The notes under the pieces: model-generated
The model's input: only the letters and a program-made list of their open reading frames with translations
Database searches by the model: none
Told to the model about the DNA's origin: nothing
Sequence record: NC_041972.1
DNA length: 64,000 bases
Strand: one strand, 5' to 3'
Position numbers and translations under genes: made by a program
In this document: piece after piece, positions 44,141 to 52,788 of the stretch
Layout: the number at the start of each line of letters is the position of its first letter
Numbering within the stretch: position 1 is the stretch's first letter

Positions 44141-44644
44141 TTACACTAAAATGCCGTTAAAAGCCACCGGGTCATTAGCCAGGAATGGGTTGTACCGAAC
44201 CACAGACTCTAGCGTGTAATCGTAGTAGATAAAGTCCAAGCATTGTGCACCCTGGTAGGTAGTCCATGACTTTGATAGATAACCATTGCGGTCTAACGCA
44301 ACGTAAGCTGGACGGCTCGCCAACGTAGTAAACTTCATCAACACTTGTGGTTGGTTATTAAGGTTATTTGTAAATACAGGCAGGGAAGGATGCGCATGCC
44401 TTGCAATCGAACACAACCAAGAGTCGTAGGTAAACCACTCTTTATACGGCGTGCCATACATGTTGTTGGATGTGTTTAACGCGATATTAACATATTTACC
44501 GGCAGTAGCAGACATGCTGGTACTTGCGTTCGCTACCTTTGTATATTTAGCGGTATTAGCTGCAAGCCACTCCTGGAATTGCGCATAGGTCATTTTGGTG
44601 CCTATCTGCGGCTGTGACTTGCTGCCCATTAACATCTCTAACAT
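44141..44644 (-). CDS. Hypothetical protein, paralog of 44657..45166 (possible tail-associated)
   Basis: MLEMLM start; KMTYAQF..WL..NT.KY, MYGTPY, IARHA.P, DRNGY, LDFIYYD, FNGILV. Confidence 0.75.
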   Translation of the reverse strand: MLEMLMGSKSQPQIGTKMTYAQFQEWLAANTAKYTKVANASTSMSATAGKYVNIALNTSNNMYGTPYKEWFTYDSWLCSIARHAHPSLPVFTNNLNNQPQVLMKFTTLASRPAYVALDRNGYLSKSWTTYQGAQCLDFIYYDYTLESVVRYNPFLANDPVAFNGILV

Positions 44645-44656
44645 GGTAACTCCTGA

Positions 44657-45166
44657 TTAGAGCAACACCCCGTTAAACGGTACCGGTGTGCCGCCATTTA
44701 ACGGAGTCCACCGCATCACAACACCCTGGGTATTGTCGTAGTAAATAAAGTCAAGCACAGTACGGCCGTTAAATGATCCGTAAGACAAGCTGGTGTAACC
44801 GTTACGATTGAGGCCTGAATAGGCACTTTTGGTAACATAAGGTCCAAGCTTCATTAAACAAAACTGTTTATTCGCCAACATGTAATCAAACATCGTTTGT
44901 GCCGGACACGCATGTCGTGCGATCCTTGCCCAAGTTGAATCGTGAGTACAGGAGTTTAAATAGGGGGTACCCCACATGTTACCGCCATCAGCCGTCATGG
45001 AGATCCTGGCATAGCCGTTCGTAAACGTGGTGGACGAAGGGGTGCCTGTATTCGACGCTGCACTGACCGCACTGTACTTAGTGGTATTGGTATTTAACCA
45101 AGTAACAAAATCCGCATAGCTCATCTTTACAGTTTTCTTGCCAGCGTACATTAATAACTCGAGCAT
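44657..45166 (-). CDS. Hypothetical protein, paralog of 44141..44644
   Basis: MLELLM start; KMSYADF..WL..NT.KY, MWGTPY, IARHA.P, NRNGY, LDFIYYD, FNGVLL; GAGG RBS. Confidence 0.75.
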   Translation of the reverse strand: MLELLMYAGKKTVKMSYADFVTWLNTNTTKYSAVSAASNTGTPSSTTFTNGYARISMTADGGNMWGTPYLNSCTHDSTWARIARHACPAQTMFDYMLANKQFCLMKLGPYVTKSAYSGLNRNGYTSLSYGSFNGRTVLDFIYYDNTQGVVMRWTPLNGGTPVPFNGVLL

Positions 45167-45237
45167 AACTCCACCTCAAAATAAAATCCCGTTAGCAAGG
45201 GTTCTGGTTCTCTAATACATGACTTATAGGATTTAGC

Positions 45238-45267
45238 CGGCATAACGGAGCAGGCAACGCCTACTCC
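45238..45267 (-). terminator. Hairpin + TTATGCCG element (minus strand)
   Basis: Minus strand: GGAGTAGGC-gtt-GCCTGCTCC followed by GTTATGCCG. Confidence 0.6.
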
Positions 45268-45307
45268 TGAATCCTGGTGTGAATAACGGTTGGTCGATTG
45301 GGGTATT

Positions 45308-46285
45308 TTAACCCGCTGTAGTTTGATCTGGGTAACCTCGACCTGTCCCCCAGACAATACGAACAATACCATCAGCACCACTACCTAACAAACTGGTGCC
45401 GTCACTCTTGTACTGACTTGCCCCGCCGCCGCCTGCGCCCCCACCTGGAATCGCGGTAGGTATCCCCGCCCCTGATCCTGGCATATCCTTGATACGTCCT
45501 GTCGATTTAATTCCCCCACCACCTCGACCAGTATAGATCTTGGTAGTGCCTTGGGTCGTCAGGGTAACATTCCCGCCATAACCCGCTCCCGTATCCGCAG
45601 GGTTAGTGGGGGTTGCACCATAAGCACATCCTGTGCCGCCATCGCCCATGTAACCGCCTGCACCGCCACCGCCGACCGCACGTGTCGTTAATGACCCGGT
45701 GCCACCCTTTCCACCTGTACCACCCCCAACAATAGGTTTGGTAGCAGGGTTCTGGATAGGGTTGTTCGCGATCCCGGCTAACACACCGCCGACGACATTT
45801 AACAGCCCGCCGACCAAACCGCCTACTAATCCCCCTACTATATCCACCAATACCAGATCCAGGAGATTACCGGAAAGTCCATTCGACTGCGGCATGACGG
45901 TAACTGCCGTGTTACCGGATGCGTCCTCCCCGCCACCCACTGCTTTTAACAGATAAGTGCCATTACGCGCTATCCCGGAGAAAGACCCTTTATTCGCCGT
46001 GAAGGCGGTTTTAACGGGTGTTGGCGTACCAATCCCACCTTGCCCTACCACAACCGTCATCTTCTCACCAGGAGTCACAGGGATCGCATTACGATAACGT
46101 AACGTTCCGCCATTCCCGCCGGTGTGTACAAGGGTAGTGCTACTGGCTGATTGCCCACCCCCTACTGCGACGGCACTCATGCTCGTTGCCCCTTCTGGCA
46201 CAATCAGTTCGTACACCCCCGCCTTTGTGAAGAGCGTCTCTAGGGGTAACTTAATGTGTGTCTTGTTTAACAATAACCCAATCAT
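45308..46285 (-). CDS. Glycine-rich tail-fibre-like protein
   Basis: FTKAGVYELIVPEGATSMSAVAVGGG, VTPGEKMTVVVGQGG, GGGGAGGY, GADGIVRIVWG: typical glycine-rich tail-fibre domain. Confidence 0.75.
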   Translation of the reverse strand: MIGLLLNKTHIKLPLETLFTKAGVYELIVPEGATSMSAVAVGGGQSASSTTLVHTGGNGGTLRYRNAIPVTPGEKMTVVVGQGGIGTPTPVKTAFTANKGSFSGIARNGTYLLKAVGGGEDASGNTAVTVMPQSNGLSGNLLDLVLVDIVGGLVGGLVGGLLNVVGGVLAGIANNPIQNPATKPIVGGGTGGKGGTGSLTTRAVGGGGAGGYMGDGGTGCAYGATPTNPADTGAGYGGNVTLTTQGTTKIYTGRGGGGIKSTGRIKDMPGSGAGIPTAIPGGGAGGGGASQYKSDGTSLLGSGADGIVRIVWGTGRGYPDQTTAG

Positions 46286-46342
46286 GCATCATCCTTCTAG
46301 AATGAGTACCTTGACGACCTACTCGCGTCATAGCATTCCAGC

Positions 46343-46386
46343 CGGCATAAGGGGGTGGATACCCTGACCGTAGCCAAGGTATCCAC
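46343..46386 (-). terminator. Hairpin + TTATGCCG element after DNA polymerase
   Basis: GTGGATACC...GGTATCCAC stem; the minus strand continues CCCCTTATGCCG. Confidence 0.55.
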
Positions 46387-46394
46387 GTGGTGCG

Positions 46395-48116
46395 TCAAGC
46401 CGCAGCCATGAAATCGATCTCGATGTGTTTTTCTACCATAAAGTCTTTCAGTAACGTAATGGTCTCAGGTGCTTTGTACAACTTACGTGCAAGTTCACCG
46501 GCATTGTTCATACCGCCGGCTGCCAGGTTTACTGCCACCTGACGATATTCGGTATCATCCAATCCTTCGATCTGGGTCATCTCAATCCAGGTGGTTTGTT
46601 TCCCCACATTCATGATAACCGTACCGGTCGGGTATGCCCCTTCTACGTCGATGTCGTTCGTACCGGTGCGCACATAGGACTTGACATTCGGCAGTTCTTT
46701 AAACATCGCTTTGCCGTTTAAAGCAACCAGCTCTGTTGGGAGCATGACGATCCAGCCACCCAGCCCCTGAATGTGATCATCCAGTTCGGTACGCATCTGA
46801 TCTGATGTGGTACCCCAGATATACCCTTCTTTCATCACATCGTAATGCATCGCCTCAGCGATACGTGTCGGCTGCGATATAAAGTTACGGTAGTCTGACA
46901 CCCCGCAGAACGTTGGAACCGCTACAGAGAGATCTGAGGTCTTCTCGTCCATCATTTCAACCACGATGCAGTCGAAGATGTTATACATCACATATTCGTA
47001 CTTGTAGTTGCTCTGCATGAACTCATGCCAGTCCGCCCCGTGGTACCCTTCAGCTTCACTGAACTTCATCTTGGTCACACCGAGTACTTTCTCAGCGATG
47101 TTATCCAGTTTGTAGTTCAGCTCTTTACCGTTCATGGTACGCAGGTAGTAATAGGCTGACATCGATTCAGCCCAACGGAACGACGCAGGGGCATTGACGT
47201 AAGGCCACTTCTCATAGTTAGCTAATGATGTCTTGGTGACTTCTTTGCCATCATTTTTTACTTTGTGGGTTTTGCCCTCGTAGTAATAAACGTTACGGTA
47301 CTCTTGCGGTACCGAGGGATCGCAAATAACGTCAGCAGGGTTGATGCCGGCATTAGTTAATGTTTGGGTAAGAACCTTGTAGTCGAACTCGAGTACGTTC
47401 CAGCCAGTGATGAAATCGGGCATCCACTCATGGGCACGTTCAAACAGTTTGACAAAGCCATCTGCAGCGCTGTCAACCAACACAAACTCCGGGTTGGTGA
47501 TGCTGCGTTTGGTTGCCCACTCGCCCAGGTATTTATCCCAGGCCAGTTTCAGCTTCTGATGAATACGCTCATCCGCTTCCCCGCCGAAGTAGCGACGGAT
47601 CACAAAGGTAAAGGTGCGTTCTTTAAAGGTTAAGGATGCCATGATCGGCTCACCCTTATACCGCTCGTCTACCATTTCGGTTTCGATATCGAACACACTG
47701 ATTTTGTACGGAGTAAAGGTATCAGGAAACTTCGCTTCGTACATCGCTTTGACAATCGAAGAGGGTTCGATGTCAGCGCCATACACGTACGGACTGCGAC
47801 ATACCCGACGCAACTGCTGATCAGTAGCGCCTTTTCCCAGCATCTTTGAGATGTGGTTAGGAAGATCCCACTGTGGGCAACTGAACTTCTGCAGCTTGGA
47901 CAGCTCTTCGTAATCTTTCTTATCCTGGTGATTGCGGTACGCCGGTTTGGTAAGGTAGTAATCACGCTTCATGTCTTTGATGATGCGGGTGTGGGGTTTG
48001 CTGTTCCCGTTCTCGTCAATCACATTCTCTTTCACGAAGATGATGTCTGATTTGCCGCGCAGAGAAAGGGTATAGATCGCGTGCTTGCATTCGAAACGAA
48101 GGTTATTGCTGCTCAT
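46395..48116 (-). CDS. Split family-B DNA polymerase, exonuclease/N-terminal subunit (phiKZ gp82-like)
   Basis: ExoI VFDIETE, ExoII TGWNVLEFDY, ExoIII YNIFDC, PolB motif-A-like DIDVEGAYP; motifs B and C absent. Confidence 0.88.
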   Translation of the reverse strand: MSSNNLRFECKHAIYTLSLRGKSDIIFVKENVIDENGNSKPHTRIIKDMKRDYYLTKPAYRNHQDKKDYEELSKLQKFSCPQWDLPNHISKMLGKGATDQQLRRVCRSPYVYGADIEPSSIVKAMYEAKFPDTFTPYKISVFDIETEMVDERYKGEPIMASLTFKERTFTFVIRRYFGGEADERIHQKLKLAWDKYLGEWATKRSITNPEFVLVDSAADGFVKLFERAHEWMPDFITGWNVLEFDYKVLTQTLTNAGINPADVICDPSVPQEYRNVYYYEGKTHKVKNDGKEVTKTSLANYEKWPYVNAPASFRWAESMSAYYYLRTMNGKELNYKLDNIAEKVLGVTKMKFSEAEGYHGADWHEFMQSNYKYEYVMYNIFDCIVVEMMDEKTSDLSVAVPTFCGVSDYRNFISQPTRIAEAMHYDVMKEGYIWGTTSDQMRTELDDHIQGLGGWIVMLPTELVALNGKAMFKELPNVKSYVRTGTNDIDVEGAYPTGTVIMNVGKQTTWIEMTQIEGLDDTEYRQVAVNLAAGGMNNAGELARKLYKAPETITLLKDFMVEKHIEIDFMAAA

Positions 48117-48216
48117 GATGAATGATAATCCTATGTCAAAACACTACAAAGTGCACCAGTGTTTAATACGCGTTATAACATCAGGCGTGCAACTACATTT
48201 ATACAAAGGAGATCAC

Positions 48217-49479
48217 ATGATCCTATCTAGCGGTCTGGAAGCGATTAGCTTTCAAAAGAATCCGCTCTTTTACAAACAGTTGGTTGTCGAATTCTGCCGT
48301 CTGATGGAACTTGCTAAAGCCAACGGTAAGAAGCGCCTGACCGAAGAGATGATGGCGCAGTCTAACCTGGCGAAGATCACCATGGCGAACACCGGCATCA
48401 AAGTCTCACCTGGGGTGGATACCCGCATGCAGTGTAATGCGTACGTTATGATCCCGAGCATCAACTCCTATCACGTCTTCAATGATCGCATGCGTCAGAT
48501 CTTCTCAGGGTATGCCGAATCGTTTGAGCAGTTTCGTAGAGCCAACGATGTGTTGATTGGGTTGGTTGATCTGCAGAACTCCAAAGTGGGCGGGGTCTTC
48601 TCGACTATTGATCACCGCATCTGTCTGTCGTACGATATGATGACCGACTACGACATGACCCCGGGTGAAGTCGCAGCCATTTACATGCATGAAGTCGGCC
48701 ATGCCTTTACCTTCCTGGAGATGCTGCACTATACCGCTACCACCAACCTGGTGCTGACCGCTGGCATTGAAGCGATCATCAAATCAGAAACTTCTCGTAA
48801 GCATGTCATCTTAAGTGATATCGAAAACTCCTTAGGGATTAAGATTGATAATAAAGATGAACTGGTCGCTTACGACAAGTATGAAGATTATGCTGTCACG
48901 ATCCTGTCGAAGTACAATCGCACCTTAGCGGCGGCCCTGGGTTCACCGGCACACGATGAATCGATGTCTGAGCAGATGGCAGATATGTTTGCCACCCGAC
49001 ATGGCGCGGGATTGGATCTGGCGCGGGGATTGTCCCGTATTCACAAATATTACAATTCACCGAAGTTCAAGTTTGCCCGCTATCTGGAGATCTTTGTCGG
49101 CATCCTGCAGACCATGGGCTTGTCCCTGGTGTTCGATGTGCTGGGAGTAATCGTTGTCCTGACTGTCGGTAACTTCTTTGGTGGGACGTATGACCGGGCG
49201 AAAGACCGTTTCATCCGCATGCGTAACGAAATCGTGGTCGGCCTGAAAGATGAAGAGATCAGTGCAGCTGACCGCAAACTCTTGATCAGTCATATCGCCG
49301 AGCTGGACAAGATCATTGCCCAGGCCAAAAACGAAAGCTCCTTTGTCGAGCAGCTGTCTCTGGTGGTGCGCGCCAGCCAGCGTGAGCGGTATGCCAGCAA
49401 GTACCTGCAAAAGGACCTTGAAGCCCTTCTTAATAATCCGCTCTATGTCAGTGCGGCCAAACTGAAAACATTGCAATAA
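48217..49479 (+). CDS. Virion head protein with HExxH motif
   Basis: AAGGAG RBS before ATG 48217; MILSSGLE|AISF protease-type site; HEVGH and EQMADMFATRHG. Confidence 0.7.
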   Translation: MILSSGLEAISFQKNPLFYKQLVVEFCRLMELAKANGKKRLTEEMMAQSNLAKITMANTGIKVSPGVDTRMQCNAYVMIPSINSYHVFNDRMRQIFSGYAESFEQFRRANDVLIGLVDLQNSKVGGVFSTIDHRICLSYDMMTDYDMTPGEVAAIYMHEVGHAFTFLEMLHYTATTNLVLTAGIEAIIKSETSRKHVILSDIENSLGIKIDNKDELVAYDKYEDYAVTILSKYNRTLAAALGSPAHDESMSEQMADMFATRHGAGLDLARGLSRIHKYYNSPKFKFARYLEIFVGILQTMGLSLVFDVLGVIVVLTVGNFFGGTYDRAKDRFIRMRNEIVVGLKDEEISAADRKLLISHIAELDKIIAQAKNESSFVEQLSLVVRASQRERYASKYLQKDLEALLNNPLYVSAAKLKTLQ

Positions 49480-49492
49480 GGATTCATCAGAA

Positions 49493-49999
49493 ATGATTAT
49501 TGACGTAGCAGAATTAAAGAAACAGATCGTGTCGGTGCGTTCTATTGCAGAGATCCCAACTACCCTGCGTACTAAACTGATTGAAACCGGTCTGGCCCGT
49601 GCGGTAGCGTATGGTGTTGATCTGCCAAAAGAGCTGGTCGGTAACCCGGTCTCCTATTTCGCCAGCAACGCCACTGATGCTAAGCAGGCACTGGCGGTGA
49701 TCAACGAAACCAACGTGATCAACATCTCCCGTATCCTGTCACTCGCCACCATCATCTGGCAGGCGCGCTACAACATGGTTTATCTGCCAGCCACTCGCGA
49801 GTCCATGGAGTTGACTCATCAGGTACTATCCGATCAGCGTGAATGGTTGTTCGATGCAGAGCAGCAGGATTTCCTGTCAGCGACCATTGGCGACGGTACC
49901 GTGCAAGACAGCCTGAAGCTGGCCCTGTTAAACTTCACCTGCCCGGCTGTGATCAACCCTAACCAGGTAGCACCAGTCACCACCGCTGACGAGGAGTAA
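49493..49999 (+). CDS. Virion structural protein
   Basis: AAGGA RBS; within the late head-protein cluster. Confidence 0.65.
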   Translation: MIIDVAELKKQIVSVRSIAEIPTTLRTKLIETGLARAVAYGVDLPKELVGNPVSYFASNATDAKQALAVINETNVINISRILSLATIIWQARYNMVYLPATRESMELTHQVLSDQREWLFDAEQQDFLSATIGDGTVQDSLKLALLNFTCPAVINPNQVAPVTTADEE

Positions 50000-50001
50000 T
50001 C

Positions 50002-51468
50002 ATGTCTATTGATCTGATCGCTTCCTTTATCGACGATTCGGGCAATGTCCCGATGACGGCGCTGACCGTGGTAAAGAAAGAGAACGACGAGGCCAACGCA
50101 CAACTGCCGAAACAGGTAGCGATGCTGAAAGCCTCTAATGAACGTATCGTTGAACTTCAGTCTGTGATCGAACGCGTACGTCGTGAAGGCATGAGTCGTG
50201 AAGTTGCCGCGATCGTTGCCTCGATTGCACCCGAAGCGTTGCCGGTTGGCTACGGTGCTGAAGGTTTCACTGAGCAACCCTCAAAGCTTGGGATGGCTGC
50301 TGGTCTGGAATCGATCACCGCCTATGTGATTGATGGTATCAAACGTCTGATCGCGTTCCTGATTGATAAGGCCAAGAAAGCCGCTGCCTTTATTGTGGAT
50401 CAGTATCGTCGACTGACGGGCATTGCTCCCACTGCGTACAAGATCGATCGTCGTGCTGCTTATCTTACGGCGATGTCTGCCCGGTTTGCTCAGCACTTCG
50501 GTACGGATCTGGCGACCCTGTTAGAGCAGGATATCAATGCTGGCTTTACCAGTATCGAAAGCACCCGCATGGTATTGAGCGGTATGTTTGCTGATGCGGA
50601 AGTACTGCAGGCGGATCTGTCTAAATATGGCAAGCACATCAATGTCATGTCCAAACAGATCGAAGCGTTACTGGCAGATGCGCCAGCACGTGTGGTGCGG
50701 GTCAATGCGATTGTTAATGATGTCACGGTATCGCGCAATGGCAGCAACGATCGCAGTGCAGAGATCCTGCGTCTGATCGACACCCGTAACCTCGATGCCC
50801 TGGTCAGTACCTTGCGCAGCGTCAGTAAGTTACTGGTCAGCAGCCCGATGTACAAATCCACTGGCACTGGTAAAGACGGCAAAATCAAACAGACTATCCT
50901 TGAGCAGTTAAACAGCGATGGTTTCCGTGAGATGATGTCCGGCCTTTCCATGGCTGCTAATGCTGGCATGACCCACACCATGGACATGACGGATGCCTCG
51001 GCGATCATTCGTTCACGTAATCTGGCTGAGGCTGTTAAAGAGCTCACCAATTACGAAGAAGTGAAGAAGCGTTCACTGGATGACCTCAAGTCTGCTACTG
51101 GTTCGATCAACAGCAACAAATATGTGCAGGCCGCTGAACAGTCACCGGGTGATGACCCGACCATGGCAGCTGTGGTGCAGTTTAACCAATACTGGGATGA
51201 TGTCACGACCGCCGTAAAAGTGGCACAGGACATCACCACCGCCTACGCGGAGACGGTATTCAAACTGCAGCTGTTCTCGGTGCGTTGTCAGGATCTGGCG
51301 CTGGTACAGTGGTCCGCTAACCCAGCCAATGCCGGTCTGGCAGAAGCCAATGCCGCGACTGAACGTCTGCAAGCGGTGGTCAAGCAGTATCTGGATAAGG
51401 TCGTGAAGAACACCACGGGCTTGAAAGGTGCGCTGGATGACCTCGGCAAACTGGTCAATCAACTGTAA
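50002..51468 (+). CDS. Inner head / ejection-type protein with propeptide
   Basis: EG(M/I)S.E...P...FT..PS...AGLE|S propeptide pattern followed by amphipathic helix AYVIDGIKRLIAFLIDKAKK. Confidence 0.7.
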   Translation: MSIDLIASFIDDSGNVPMTALTVVKKENDEANAQLPKQVAMLKASNERIVELQSVIERVRREGMSREVAAIVASIAPEALPVGYGAEGFTEQPSKLGMAAGLESITAYVIDGIKRLIAFLIDKAKKAAAFIVDQYRRLTGIAPTAYKIDRRAAYLTAMSARFAQHFGTDLATLLEQDINAGFTSIESTRMVLSGMFADAEVLQADLSKYGKHINVMSKQIEALLADAPARVVRVNAIVNDVTVSRNGSNDRSAEILRLIDTRNLDALVSTLRSVSKLLVSSPMYKSTGTGKDGKIKQTILEQLNSDGFREMMSGLSMAANAGMTHTMDMTDASAIIRSRNLAEAVKELTNYEEVKKRSLDDLKSATGSINSNKYVQAAEQSPGDDPTMAAVVQFNQYWDDVTTAVKVAQDITTAYAETVFKLQLFSVRCQDLALVQWSANPANAGLAEANAATERLQAVVKQYLDKVVKNTTGLKGALDDLGKLVNQL

Positions 51469-51477
51469 GGAAATCGC

Positions 51478-52734
51478 ATGGAATCCACATTACTTCAAAC
51501 GATCAATGAAACCACGGAGTTGTGTGACTCTTTGATTTCGTTGTCACAACGTCTTGAGATGTTGGGTCCCATTGCTGCTGAGTCCGTTAACTTCGCAAAG
51601 ATCCACGAATCGATTAACCTGAAGGTGGCGAAGATTGCCGCTTCGATGGAGTCGATTGAAGCTAACGGCATCAACCAGGAGGCAGTGTTAGAAATCAATA
51701 CTGCCATGCCTGGTATCATTCCCAACACCATCCCTCTTAATGGATACACCAAAGCCCGCAGTCAGATGAATGTGGGGTTTGCCTTAGAGTCGTTGGAGTC
51801 AGGTAAAGCAGCAATGATCTCCGGTTCAGTAACAGGGATCGTGGCCGTGATCGTTAAACTGTTTCGTTGGGTTGTCATGACCATCAAGCAGTATGTCAAA
51901 TCACGCCGTGATGCGAACCGTCTCGGTGTCTCTGTGACACAAGCGCTGCAACGTGCGGGGACGATCAACGAATACCTGTTAGAGCAGTTGGCGAAAACCC
52001 CTGAAGCCAAAGCCGCTCGTCCGGGCTTTGAATGGCTGGTATCGATCTGGCGTCCGCAGGCTGGGATCTTTAAGTTCAATGAAGATGCACTGGTACAGTG
52101 GTGGCCAGAACTCGTCAATGAACTGGAGTACGAATACAACCAGATCAGCAAGGCGTTTGAAACACTGCGTAGCGGTGGGTCGTTTGTCCCGAACATTGCG
52201 AAAGCGCACCAGTCTCCCTCCATGAAGCGTTTCTTTGAAGCCTTACCGCAAGGGACGGATCGTCAAGGGAATATCGTTGAGGTAGAGCTGGCGAAGAAGC
52301 AATTTCAGGAGAACCCACAGCGTGCGTTGTTCCAGCTGGCTGAACGTCTGCGCTACATGATCATGCGCGAGCCTAAATCAAAAGGTACTGACTTTGGACA
52401 AGAGCTGATTTCAGTAGGTCGCAGTATTGAAGCCTACACCAATGTGGATCGTCTGGTGTTTGATCAGCTGAATACCTACGACACCAACAACCGATTAGGG
52501 AAACTGGAAGAGGCGTTTGGTGCGTTGTATAAGCAAGTCCAAGCCACACGCTACACTGCAGACAAAGCCCTGGTTGATGAGTTCGTGGGTTACCTGAACC
52601 GTTATTCAGAAAAGCTTAACTGTTTCGTGCAACTGATCACCATTGTGAGTTACCTGGATAGCTGTAGTTTCCAGATCCTTGACAATGTATCCAAAGCCAC
52701 CATGAAGTACGTTGATATTGCTGCCAGTAATTAA
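51478..52734 (+). CDS. Inner head protein with related propeptide
   Basis: NGINQE...MPG...GYT..RS...FALE|S, similar to the N-terminus of 50002..51468. Confidence 0.7.
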   Translation: MESTLLQTINETTELCDSLISLSQRLEMLGPIAAESVNFAKIHESINLKVAKIAASMESIEANGINQEAVLEINTAMPGIIPNTIPLNGYTKARSQMNVGFALESLESGKAAMISGSVTGIVAVIVKLFRWVVMTIKQYVKSRRDANRLGVSVTQALQRAGTINEYLLEQLAKTPEAKAARPGFEWLVSIWRPQAGIFKFNEDALVQWWPELVNELEYEYNQISKAFETLRSGGSFVPNIAKAHQSPSMKRFFEALPQGTDRQGNIVEVELAKKQFQENPQRALFQLAERLRYMIMREPKSKGTDFGQELISVGRSIEAYTNVDRLVFDQLNTYDTNNRLGKLEEAFGALYKQVQATRYTADKALVDEFVGYLNRYSEKLNCFVQLITIVSYLDSCSFQILDNVSKATMKYVDIAASN

Positions 52735-52736
52735 AT

Positions 52737-52788
52737 CGGCATAAAGGCCTGGCCCTCCGCAAGGAAGGCCAGAGCCTTGCTTATGCCG
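52737..52788. terminator. Bidirectional hairpin flanked by CGGCATAA / TTATGCCG
   Basis: CGGCATAA-AGGC.CTGGCC...GGCCAG.AGCCTT-GC-TTATGCCG at a convergent junction. Confidence 0.7.
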
